NCBI RefSeq assembly: GCF_000017305.1
Contig: NC_009664.2
Span: forward strand, 4,170,001-4,202,000
From: Kineococcus radiotolerans SRS30216 = ATCC BAA-149
Lineage (GTDB): Bacteria > Actinomycetota > Actinomycetes > Actinomycetales > Kineococcaceae
DNA length: 32,000 nt
Direction: 5' to 3'
The translations under genes and the position numbers were made by a program. Shown here one piece after another: positions 23,196 through 31,467 of this stretch. Below the pieces are notes generated by a model. It made no database searches and had not been told where the DNA came from. It saw only the letters and a program-made list of their open reading frames with translations. The first letter of the stretch is position 1. Every line of letters begins with the position of its first letter.

Positions 23196-24482
23196 TCAGC
23201 GCGCGGGCCGTGGAGCCCAGGTGTCCTCCAGCACCGCCGGCCGGCAGGCCACGGTGGACGCCACGGCCAGCACCCCCACGGTGACCAGCAGCACCGCCAA
23301 CGCGGGGGTCCAGCTGCCGGTGGCCTCGTGGACCACTCCGACCAGCACCGGCCCGGGAACCGCCACCGCGTACCCCACTCCCTGCACGAAACCGGACAGC
23401 GCCGTCGCCCCCTCCGCGGTGCGCGTGCGCAGGTTGATGAGGGCCAGCACGACGGGGAACACGCCCTGCGCCAACCCGAGCAGGACGATCCACACCGCGG
23501 TCCCCGGCACCGGGGACAGCGCGAGCCCCAGGTACCCGCTGACGTAGCACGCGGCCAGCAGGGCGACCAGCGGCCACGGGTTGCGCATGCGCGCGGCCAG
23601 CAACGGCCCGGCGAAGGACAGCGGCAGCCCGAGGATCGCCAGCAGCCCCACCCAGCGACCACCGGCCTCCACCGCGAGCCCGGCGTCGGTGAGGATCTGC
23701 GGCAGCCACGCGAACAACGCGTACGTGTTGAGCGAGTTCATCCCGAAGGTCACGGCCAGGCCCCAGGCCAGCGGGCTGCGCCACGCGCGACCGGCCCCGC
23801 CCCCTGCCCTCGCCGCGGGGACGGAGGAGGCGCGGGGCCGGCGGTCGGCGTCGAGCCCCCGACGGCGCGCCGCCGCCCGCCGCGCGAGGACGACGCACCA
23901 CGGCAGGACCGCGACCACCGCCAGGGCGGACCAGGAACCCACCGACACCCGCCACCCGAAGGCCCGGGCCAGCGGCACGGACAGCAGCGGGGGCGTGGTC
24001 GTGCTGAACGCCATGGTCATCGAGTAGGCCGCCGTCACCGCCCCGATGCGGTCGGGGAAGTAGCGCTTGACGAGCGGCGGGAGCAGGACGTTGCCCATCC
24101 CCATCCCGCCGAGCGCCACCACCGACCAGACGATGAAGGCCGCCGGTGCCTCCGTCGTCGACCGGGCGACCTCACCCGCGCCGGACAGCAGCATCGCCGC
24201 GACCAGCGTCGGTTCCAGCCCCCACTGGCGCGCCACCAGCGGTGCGAGGGAACCGAACACGGCGAAGGAGACCAGCGGCGCCGCACCCAGGAGCCCCGCC
24301 AGGGTGTCGTCGAAGGCGACGTCCCGGCGGACGATGTCGAGGATCGGGGAGACCGCCGCGATGGCGATGCGCAGGTTCAGGGCGACGAGCACGATCCCGA
24401 GGAGCACGACCCACCGCCCCCGCCGGGCAGCAGCAGGTTCAGCGACAGGCATGGGCACCGGATTCGTCGAGGGCGCGGTCAT
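23196..24482 (-). CDS. MFS transporter (CynX/NimT-like)
   Basis: 12 predicted helices. N-terminal RWVVLLGIVLVALNLRIAIAAVSPILDIVRRDV and the overall pattern are typical of CynX-type MFS. ATG 24482 (ATG 24452 is an alternative start). Confidence 0.88.
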   Translation of the reverse strand: MTAPSTNPVPMPVAEPAAARRGRWVVLLGIVLVALNLRIAIAAVSPILDIVRRDVAFDDTLAGLLGAAPLVSFAVFGSLAPLVARQWGLEPTLVAAMLLSGAGEVARSTTEAPAAFIVWSVVALGGMGMGNVLLPPLVKRYFPDRIGAVTAAYSMTMAFSTTTPPLLSVPLARAFGWRVSVGSWSALAVVAVLPWCVVLARRAAARRRGLDADRRPRASSVPAARAGGGAGRAWRSPLAWGLAVTFGMNSLNTYALFAWLPQILTDAGLAVEAGGRWVGLLAILGLPLSFAGPLLAARMRNPWPLVALLAACYVSGYLGLALSPVPGTAVWIVLLGLAQGVFPVVLALINLRTRTAEGATALSGFVQGVGYAVAVPGPVLVGVVHEATGSWTPALAVLLVTVGVLAVASTVACRPAVLEDTWAPRPAR

Positions 24483-24595
24483 CGTCAGCGGACGCCGCCA
24501 GCTCAGACGCGGGAGACGACGCCGGTCAGGCTATCCGGCACCGGGTGCCGGACCAGCACGGGACCACCCGCCGGGGGAGCACCGCTGGGGCAGTG

Positions 24596-24630
24596 CGAGG
24601 CCCCCGCACCGTGGAGGGGCGGGGGCCTCG
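24596..24630 (-). terminator. strong terminator hairpin after the HU gene
   Basis: CGAGGCCCCCGC-(11 nt)-GCGGGGGCCTCG: perfect 12-bp stem, 26 nt 3' of the HU stop (24657-24659). Confidence 0.65.
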
Positions 24631-24656
24631 GGCGGCCGGGACGAGGTCGTCGCGGG

Positions 24657-25220
24657 TCAGGCCTTCGTGGCGGTCCGGCGGGTGGTGGTCTTCTTCGCTG
24701 CGGTGGTCTTGGTCGCAGTGGTCTTGGCCGGGGTGGTCTTGGTCGCGGTGGTCTTGGTCGCGGTGGTGCGCGCCGGAGCGGTCTTGGCCGGAGCGGTCTT
24801 CGTCGCCGCCGTGCGGGCCGGGGTGGCCGTCTTCGCGGTGGCCGTCTTGCTGGCCGTCTTGGTGGTGGTCTTGCTGGCGGTCTTGGCGGTGGGTGCGGTG
24901 CCGGTGGTCTTGGCCTTCAGCTCGCCCTGGTAGGCGCGCAGGGCCTTGGTGTCGGAGACGATCTCCTTGAAGGCGGTGCCGGGGCGGAAGCGCGGCACGG
25001 AGGTCTTCTTGATCTTGACGGCTTCGCCGGTGCGGGGGTTGCGGCCGGTGCGGGCGTTGCGGGCCTGCTTCTCGAAGGTGCCGAAGCCGCTGATGGCGAT
25101 CTTGTCGCCCTTGGCGACGGTGAGCTGGATGAGTTCGATGACGGCTTCGACGGCGGCGGTGGCTTCCTTGCGTCCGCCGAGTCGGGTTTCGAGGGCGTCG
25201 ACCATCTCGGTCTTGTTCAC
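24657..25220 (-). CDS. hup: HU-family nucleoid protein with long Thr/Ala/Lys repeat tail
   Basis: GTG 25220 with GGAGGA upstream. The N-terminal 90 aa is a canonical HU fold (MNKTEMVDAL...GFGTFEKQARNARTGRNPRTGEAVKIKKTSVPRFRPGTAFKE). The C-terminal ~86 aa is built from TKT/AKT repeats. Confidence 0.92.
   Translation of the reverse strand: MNKTEMVDALETRLGGRKEATAAVEAVIELIQLTVAKGDKIAISGFGTFEKQARNARTGRNPRTGEAVKIKKTSVPRFRPGTAFKEIVSDTKALRAYQGELKAKTTGTAPTAKTASKTTTKTASKTATAKTATPARTAATKTAPAKTAPARTTATKTTATKTTPAKTTATKTTAAKKTTTRRTATKA
24700..24804 (-). repeat. seven consecutive 15-bp units (GCGGTGGTCTTGGTC-like) encoding the HU tail
   Basis: Units start at 24700, 24715, 24730, 24745, 24760, 24775 and 24790. 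More degenerate copies extend over about 24660-24917. This is an in-frame 5-aa period (TKTTA/AKTTP...). Confidence 0.85.
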
Positions 25221-25333
25221 GGGGTTCCTCCTGCGGGTGGGGTGTGACCGGGTCGTTCGGGTCGCCGGGGCCGTGCAGGAGCTCGACTGGGGATGACGGT
25301 ACGACTGGTGATCGCCCTCGCGCCACCGGAGGT

Positions 25334-25352
25334 GGGGGTGGGTGGGGTGGGG
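25334..25352 (+). other. G-quadruplex-type motif GGGGG-T-GGG-T-GGGG-T-GGGG
   Basis: Four G-runs of at least 3 with single-T loops, on the template strand 114-132 bp upstream of the HU start codon. Confidence 0.6.
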
Positions 25353-26149
25353 AGTCGTTGCGCCCCAACCCGCCTGGAACGCAGCGTCCGGCACGTCTGC
25401 TGCGGTGCAGTGGATCTCAGCTACGCGGTCGTCTCCGGCGGCCCGCGCACCGGGTCCTGCCTGGACCAGCCCGGTGGGCGGGTCGCGCTCCTGCGTCGAG
25501 GACGGGGGCCCGCGCCCCGCGCGGGGAGGGCGGGCGACCCGGGCGTCTCGCCGTTCGGCCGGCCACGGTCGTGACGCGGCGATCCGCCCGGTGGGTGACC
25601 GCGATCGCGGGGCAACCGGAGGGGCCTGACCGTCGTCTTCGCTGGTGGACCGTCATCGGTCCAGCCACCCGGCCTGGTGCGCGGGTGGTGTCGACGGGCT
25701 CCCACGGGGGCCCACGAACGGGTGAGGGAGCTGCGTGAGCGGGTTCGAACGGCGGGAGCGCCGGGCCGGGTGCTCGTCCCCGGTGCGGGACGTGTCGTCC
25801 CGTGCGGTGACCGGAGCGGTCGGCGGAGGGCGGCGGGCGCAGCGTGCGGTCGTGGCCCCGGCGGAGCAGGACCCACCGGTGCGCGTCGGCGATGCGCTCG
25901 ACTGAGATCGCCGTCTCCGTGGCTGAACCCACCGCGCACGTCGCTGCCGACCCCACCCCTCCACCCCGGGGAGAACGCGTGTCCCTCCGCCAGTCGCTGC
26001 CGTCGCCGTCCCCGGCCCCGGTCTCGCTGCCCCGCCCGCGAGGAGCCACCTCGCGCCCCGGCCCGGCGGTCGGCGGGGGGGCCGGCGCCGGCTCGTCCGC
26101 CCCGCGGAGCCCGGGGGCGTTCCCCGCGGCGGTCCGCGGGCTGGAAGCC

Positions 26150-27052
26150 GTGCGGACGGACCCGGTACCGGTCGAGGAGGCGTCGGGCGGCGCAGCCCTG
26201 GGGATGTTCCTCCGGGCCCTGCGCAACCGCTGCCAACCGCAGGAGGTGGGCCTGTCCGGTCGCGCGGGGCCGGCGGGTCTCTCCGGGTCGGGCGCCTACC
26301 GCCGGGTGCCGGGGCTGCGGCGCCAGGAGGTCGCCGACCTGGCCGGCGTGAGCCTGGACTACTACACCCGCATCGAACAGGGCCGGTGCGGTGAGGTGTC
26401 CGGCGCGGTGCTGACCTCCCTCGCCCGGGCCCTGCGGGCGACGGTGGAGGAGACCGCCCACCTGCACCGGCTCGCGGCGCCGCCCTCCCACCGGCGCCAC
26501 GCGCCGGCACCGGCTCCCCTGCGACCGTCGCTGCTGGCCCTGGCCGACGCCTTCGCGGTGCCGGCCGTCGTCATCGGTCCCAGCCTGGACGTGGTGAGCG
26601 CCAACCTGCTGTGGAGGTTGCTGGTCACCCCGCCGGGGGAGCCCCTCGTCCGCTCGGTGAACCTGGCCACCCACCACTTCCTGGACCCGCACGCGCACGT
26701 GCTGTTCCCCGACTGGCACGAGGCCGCCGACGCCACTGTCGCCCGCCTGCGTGTCCAGGCGGCGTTGCACCCCGACGACGAGCGCGTCCAGCAGGTGGTG
26801 CGGGAGCTGTCGGGCGCCAGCCCGGACTTCCGCCGCCGGTGGTCGGTGCCGCAGGTCCGCGGGGCCGCCCACGGCCGCGGTCGCGTGGTCCACCCCCGCG
26901 CGGGCACGTACACCTTCGACTACGAGACCCTGCAGACCCCCGGCGGGGAGGGGCTGGTCGTCGCGTCGTACTCCCCGGTGCCCGGCACCGGTGCTCAGGA
27001 CGTCCTGGACGCCCTGGTGGCCGGGCACCGCCGCGACCTCGGGGGAGCGTGA
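26150..27052 (+). CDS. XRE-HTH regulator with MmyB-like C-terminal domain
   Basis: LGMFLRALRNRCQPQEVGL...YRRVPGLRRQEVADLAGVSLDYYTRIEQGR is the MmyB-family N-terminal HTH, followed by a ligand-binding-type domain. The start is ambiguous: GTG 26150, ATG 26204, or GTG 25979 if the Pro/Ser-rich extension is translated. Confidence 0.85.
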   Translation: MRTDPVPVEEASGGAALGMFLRALRNRCQPQEVGLSGRAGPAGLSGSGAYRRVPGLRRQEVADLAGVSLDYYTRIEQGRCGEVSGAVLTSLARALRATVEETAHLHRLAAPPSHRRHAPAPAPLRPSLLALADAFAVPAVVIGPSLDVVSANLLWRLLVTPPGEPLVRSVNLATHHFLDPHAHVLFPDWHEAADATVARLRVQAALHPDDERVQQVVRELSGASPDFRRRWSVPQVRGAAHGRGRVVHPRAGTYTFDYETLQTPGGEGLVVASYSPVPGTGAQDVLDALVAGHRRDLGGA

Positions 27053-27372
27053 CCGTGGACGGCGCCGCGGGGTTGACCGCGCTGCTGGACTCGGTGAACG
27101 CCGAGGACACCGAGGGGTTCCTGGACGCCTTCACCGACGACGCCGTCGTCGACGACGACGGGCAGTTCTACCAGGGGCTGCTGCAGATCGCGGAGTGGAA
27201 CACCCGCCGGGTCATCGGGTTGCACGTGCGCCTGCGCCCGGTCCCGGCCCCAGGTGGGGGGCTGCTGGTCGAGGTGCGGGCGGCGGGGACGGTGGAACGC
27301 TCCCGGGTGACCGCCCACTGGCGCCTGGACCGGGTCGAGCACCTGGAGGTCCGCGCCGTCCCGGCGGAGTGA
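27049..27372 (+). CDS. NTF2/SnoaL-like small protein
   Basis: GTG 27049 overlaps the regulator stop (GTGA). 107 aa: LTALLDSVNAEDTEGFLDAFTDDAVVDDDGQFYQGLLQIAEWNTRR..., typical of SnoaL-like proteins. Confidence 0.75.
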   Translation: MTVDGAAGLTALLDSVNAEDTEGFLDAFTDDAVVDDDGQFYQGLLQIAEWNTRRVIGLHVRLRPVPAPGGGLLVEVRAAGTVERSRVTAHWRLDRVEHLEVRAVPAE

Positions 27373-27436
27373 CGGCCCCGGGTCCTCCTCGTCCCGGCGG
27401 CGACCTCCCGGCCTCGTCCTCCCCGAGGTGGCGTCG

Positions 27437-28099
27437 TCAGGTCGCGACGAGCCGGTAGCCCATGCCGCGGATCGTCTCGAAGCGGCCGGCCCCGAGCTTC
27501 TTGCGCAGGTACCGCACGTAGACGTCGACGACGTTGGAGCCGGGGTCGAAGTCGTAGCCCCACACCGAGCTGAGCAGCTGCTCGCGGGAGAGCACCTGGC
27601 CGGGGTGGCGCAGGAACGCCTCGGCGAGGGAGAACTCCCGGCTGGAGAGGGCGACGGAACGCCCCGCGACGGCGGCGGTCCGGCTGAGCAGGTCCAGCTG
27701 CAGCTCCCCGGCGGCCAGCACGGTGACCTCCGCGGCCCGGTCGTCGCGCAGCCGCAACCGGATCCGGGCCAGCAGCTCCTCGAACCGGAAGGGTTTCGTG
27801 ACGTAGTCGTCGGCCCCGCCGTCCAGGCCGGCGACGGTGTCGGCGACGGCGTCGCGGGCGGTGAGGATGATGACGGGCAGCGCGTGCCGCTCCGCCCGCA
27901 GCCGGCGCAGGACGGTGAAGCCGTCCACCACCGGCAGCCCGATGTCCAGGATCAGCAGGTCGAACAGGCCGGTGCCGGCCAGGTCGTGCGCGGTCCGGCC
28001 GTCGGTGGCGATGGTGGTGGCGTACCCGTTGGCGCGCAACCCCTTCTCCACGAACGCGGCGATCCGGGTCTCGTCCTCGGCGATGAGGATGCTGGTCAC
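27437..28099 (-). CDS. OmpR/PhoB-family response regulator
   Basis: Receiver domain (ILIAEDE, DLLILDIGLP, TKPF) plus a winged-helix C-terminus (LSSREFSLAEAFLRHPGQVLSREQLLSSVWGYDFDPGSNVVDVYVRYLRKKL...IRGMGYRL). GTG 28099 overlaps the kinase stop. Confidence 0.95.
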   Translation of the reverse strand: MTSILIAEDETRIAAFVEKGLRANGYATTIATDGRTAHDLAGTGLFDLLILDIGLPVVDGFTVLRRLRAERHALPVIILTARDAVADTVAGLDGGADDYVTKPFRFEELLARIRLRLRDDRAAEVTVLAAGELQLDLLSRTAAVAGRSVALSSREFSLAEAFLRHPGQVLSREQLLSSVWGYDFDPGSNVVDVYVRYLRKKLGAGRFETIRGMGYRLVAT

Positions 28100-29601
28100 G
28101 TCGTGGCCTCCGCGGCGGCGGGCAGGAGCTGGGTGGGGGGCGGGTGGTGCGGGCCGGGTCCGGGCACCAGGGGCAGGACCACGGCGAACGAGGAACCCAG
28201 GCCGGGGGCGCTGCTCACGTCCACCCGCCCGCCGTGCGCCTCGGCGATCGCCGTGACGATCGACAAGCCCAGGCCGGAACCCTCGACGCCGCGGCCGGTC
28301 TCGGCGCGCCCGAACCGCTCGAAGATGCGGTCGAGGTCCCCGGCGGCGATCCCGGGGCCGCTGTCGCGCACCCGCAGGTGCAGTTCACCGCCGCGCACCG
28401 CGCTGCCGAGGGCGATCAGGTCGCCGGGCCGGGTGAACTTCACCGCGTTGGAGACCAGCTGCAGCACCGCCTGGGTGAGGCGCTGCCCGTCGGCCTGCAC
28501 GGTGACCTCGGCGCGTTCCTCCACCCGCCACTGACGCTCGCCGAGGGGGACGACCTTGTCGTAGACGTCGTCCAGCAGCCGGCCGGCCTCGACGGCCTGG
28601 AGGGTGACGAAGTCGGGACGGCGGGCCTTGGCCAGCAGGGTGAGGTCGTCCACCAGCCGGGTCATCCGGGACAGCTCGTCGAGGACCAGGTCGCGGGTGT
28701 CGGTGACGTCGCGCGGGTCGTCCACGTCGAGGAGTTCCAGGTGCCCCTGCACGATCGTCAGCGGGGTGCGCAGCTCGTGCCCGGCGTCGTCGAGGAACTG
28801 CCGCTGCGTCTCGAAGGACGTCTCCAGCCGTTCCAGCATCCCGTTGAAACCCCGGGCGAGGTCGGCGACGTCGTCGTCGCCGTGGACGGGGACGCGGTGG
28901 GAGAGGTCGTCCACGCCCACGTCGACGGCGGCGGCGTGCAGGTGGTCCAGGGGGCGCAGCAGCCGCACGATGACGACGTAGCCGACGGCGGCGACCAGCA
29001 GCAGCGCGCCGAGGGCGACGACGGCGTAGCTGCGCGCGTTGTCGTGGACCACGGCGAACTCCGGGTCGAGGGCGTGGCCGACGACGTAGACCCCGGTGGC
29101 GGGCTGCGCGGGGTCGGCCGGGGTGAGCGTCACCGGAACGGCCGTCACCCGGGTCCTCCCGGCGTCGGTGCGCACGACCGTCGTGCCGGCCGGCGCGTCG
29201 GGCGCGAGCCGGGCGGCGAAGGCCCGCACGGCAGGGGTGTTGAGGTCGAAGGGCGGCACCGCGGAGGCGTAGGTCGGCCCGCCCGCGACGATCCCCAGGG
29301 CCGTCTCGTGGGTGTCGGGGACGTCGCTCTCGATCTTGGCGCGCAGGAGCTCGGCGACGGTGGGCAGGGGCCGCCCGGTGCGCGGGTCGACGCCCTCGGC
29401 GGCGAACGCGCGCAGCTCGTCGATCTCCTGGCGCACCGAGGCCTCCGCCCGGACCTCGGTGGCCCCGCGCTGCAGGACGACGGAGACCGTGCCGGTGAGG
29501 GCGAGGCCCAGACCGGAGGCGGCGAGGACGGCGGCGAGGACCTTGGAGCGGACGGTGCGCAGGGCCCGCCGGCGGTCGCGGGCGAGGGTGGTGAGCCTCA
29601 C
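28096..29601 (-). CDS. sensor histidine kinase (2 TM, about 170-aa extracytoplasmic domain, HAMP, HisKA, HATPase_c)
   Basis: H-box AGHELRTPLT, N-box LVSNAVKFT, G1 RDSGPGI, G2 GSGLGLSIV. TM1 VLAAVLAASGLGLALTGTVSVVL, TM2 YAVVALGALLLVAAVGYVVIV. GTG 29601 overlaps the upstream gene's stop. Confidence 0.95.
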   Translation of the reverse strand: MRLTTLARDRRRALRTVRSKVLAAVLAASGLGLALTGTVSVVLQRGATEVRAEASVRQEIDELRAFAAEGVDPRTGRPLPTVAELLRAKIESDVPDTHETALGIVAGGPTYASAVPPFDLNTPAVRAFAARLAPDAPAGTTVVRTDAGRTRVTAVPVTLTPADPAQPATGVYVVGHALDPEFAVVHDNARSYAVVALGALLLVAAVGYVVIVRLLRPLDHLHAAAVDVGVDDLSHRVPVHGDDDVADLARGFNGMLERLETSFETQRQFLDDAGHELRTPLTIVQGHLELLDVDDPRDVTDTRDLVLDELSRMTRLVDDLTLLAKARRPDFVTLQAVEAGRLLDDVYDKVVPLGERQWRVEERAEVTVQADGQRLTQAVLQLVSNAVKFTRPGDLIALGSAVRGGELHLRVRDSGPGIAAGDLDRIFERFGRAETGRGVEGSGLGLSIVTAIAEAHGGRVDVSSAPGLGSSFAVVLPLVPGPGPHHPPPTQLLPAAAEATT

Positions 29602-30095
29602 GCGTCGTCGTCACCCGAGCCGGAGTCGTCGTCGGAACCGTCGTCGGCGCTCTCGTCCTCCCCGTCGTCGTCGTCATCGTTGGCGCTCCCGGCGCCGTCG
29701 TCGCCGAGTTCGACGGCACCGGCCGGCGGCACGTGCACCACACCGCCGCCCCCGCCCGGGGCGGGCGGCGGGGGCGGCGCGGGGGACGCGGGGGACGCGG
29801 TCGTGGGCGGGGGCACCACCGGTGCGGGGGGCTCGGGGACCCCGGGGGGCGCGGCGGGACCGGCAGCGGGACCGGCGGGGTCGGGGGAGGGACCGGGGAC
29901 GGTCCCGGGGGAGGGGACCGGTGTCCCGGCCGACGCGGACGCCACGACCGGGCCGCCCAGGTCCCCGCCCGGCTCGTCCCCCCACGCGGTGGCGAGCCCG
30001 AGGGTGAGGACGCCGACGGCGGAGACGCCGAGCAGGCCCACGGCAACCGGAGTTCGCACGGCCCCAGTCTCGCAACGGGCAGGCCTCCCGGTCAT
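29598..30095 (-). CDS. secreted/anchored Pro-rich protein with poly-acidic C-terminus
   Basis: The N-terminal basic plus hydrophobic segment (RTPVAVGLLGVSAVGVLTLGLATAWG) looks like a signal peptide or anchor. Then comes a ~90-aa Pro/Gly/Ala tract, then NDDDDDGEDESADDGSDDDSGSGDDDA. Start is ATG 30095 or GTG 30059. The stop overlaps the kinase GTG (GTGA 29598-29601). Confidence 0.65.
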   Translation of the reverse strand: MTGRPARCETGAVRTPVAVGLLGVSAVGVLTLGLATAWGDEPGGDLGGPVVASASAGTPVPSPGTVPGPSPDPAGPAAGPAAPPGVPEPPAPVVPPPTTASPASPAPPPPPAPGGGGGVVHVPPAGAVELGDDGAGSANDDDDDGEDESADDGSDDDSGSGDDDA

Positions 30096-30115
30096 GAGGC
30101 GGGGATGAGAGACCT

Positions 30116-30143
30116 CTCACGATCAGCTCACGGTCTCCTCACG
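30116..30143. promoter_or_regulatory. three CTCACG direct repeats at exact 11-bp spacing
   Basis: CTCACG at 30116-30121, 30127-30132 and 30138-30143. These lie 21-48 bp upstream of ATG 30095, in the divergent region shared with the glycosyltransferase gene. The phasing fits OmpR-type tandem binding. Confidence 0.45.
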
Positions 30144-30234
30144 GGCCGTTCGTAGCGTCCCGTCACCAGCAGTTCACCGCCGGTCCACCGCCGGTCCCGC
30201 TGCCGACCGCGCCCGTCCGACCCCAGGAGCCACC

Positions 30235-31467
30235 GTGCCGACCCCCACCCCCGCCCGGCGCCCCCGGGTCGCCCTCTACGGCCACGACACCTGCGGCCTC
30301 GGGCACCTGCGGCGCAACCTCGCCCTCGCCGCCGCGCTGCGGGCCGCCGACGCCCGCCCGGACGTCCTGATCCTCACCGGGTCCCCGGCGGCGCAGCGCT
30401 TCCCCCGGCCCGACGGGGTGGAGATCGTCGTCCTGCCCACGGTCAGCAAGGACGCCGACGGCCGGTACGCGGCCGGTTCCCTCGACGTCCCCCTCGACGT
30501 CGTGGTGCAGCTGCGCGCGGCGACCGCCGAGGCCGTGCTGACCGCGTGGCAGCCGGACCTGCTCGTCGTCGACAAGGTGCCCACCGGCTTCCGCGGGGAA
30601 CTCGTCGGGGCGCTGGACGCCCTGCGCCGCAACGGGAGCACCCGCACCGTCCTCGGGCTGCGCGACGTCCTGGACGGCCCCGCCACCGCCCGGGCGGAGT
30701 GGTCGCGCGACGACGGGCCCGCGGCGCTGGACCGCTGGTACGACGAGGTCTGGGTCTACGGCGACGCCCGGGTGCACGACCTGCGCCACGACCTGCGGCT
30801 CACCCGCGACCAGCGCCTCGCCACCCGCTTCACCGGGTACCTCGCCGAGGGCCGCCGCACCACCGGCACCCGCCCGCTGCCGCGGCGCTGCCCCGCGGCG
30901 CGCACCGTCCTGGCCGGTGTCGGCGGCGGGGTCGACGGGGCGGACCTGACCCGGGCCCTGCTCGCCACCCCGCTGCCCGCCGGCACCGAGCTGGTGCTGC
31001 TGCCGGGACCGTTCGCCGACGCCGGCCTCCACGCCGAGCTGGACCGGGCCGCCGCCACCCGCACCGACCTGCACGTCGTGCCGTTCACCGACGGCTTCCC
31101 CGACTGGGCGCAGGCGGTCGACGCCGTCGTCTGCATGGGCGGCTACAACACCGTCGCCGAGGTGCTCGCCACCGACACCCCGGCCCTCGTCGTGCCGCGG
31201 ACCCGCCCCCGCCGCGAGCAGCTCGTCCGAGCCCGCTCCATGGCCCGCCGCGGGCTGCTCGACGTCCTCACGAGCCCCACCCCGCAGGCCCTGGGCCGCT
31301 GGGTCGAGCACGTGCTCGCCGAGCCCACCTCCCAGGCCGGCGCCCGCGCCCGGTGCGACCTCGCCGGGCTGGACGCCGTCCGCCGCCGCGCCGGGGAACT
31401 CCTCGGCGCGGCGCCCATCCCCCTCCACGTCCCCCTGAACGGAACGGAGTCCCGCCGTGCGAGCTGA
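30235..31467 (+). CDS. glycosyltransferase (GT28-C/MGT-like, COG4671-type)
   Basis: GTG 30235 with AGGAG 5 nt upstream. N-terminal VALYGHDTCGLGHLRRNLALAAAL and C-terminal VVCMGGYNTVAEVLATDTPALVVPR are typical of this GT-B group. Confidence 0.8.
   Translation: MPTPTPARRPRVALYGHDTCGLGHLRRNLALAAALRAADARPDVLILTGSPAAQRFPRPDGVEIVVLPTVSKDADGRYAAGSLDVPLDVVVQLRAATAEAVLTAWQPDLLVVDKVPTGFRGELVGALDALRRNGSTRTVLGLRDVLDGPATARAEWSRDDGPAALDRWYDEVWVYGDARVHDLRHDLRLTRDQRLATRFTGYLAEGRRTTGTRPLPRRCPAARTVLAGVGGGVDGADLTRALLATPLPAGTELVLLPGPFADAGLHAELDRAAATRTDLHVVPFTDGFPDWAQAVDAVVCMGGYNTVAEVLATDTPALVVPRTRPRREQLVRARSMARRGLLDVLTSPTPQALGRWVEHVLAEPTSQAGARARCDLAGLDAVRRRAGELLGAAPIPLHVPLNGTESRRAS

Noticed and set aside
24660-24930. 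Regular short repeats that could be mistaken for a CRISPR array or satellite
   Set aside because: The period is 15 bp with no spacers. The repeats lie entirely within the HU reading frame and encode its repeat tail.
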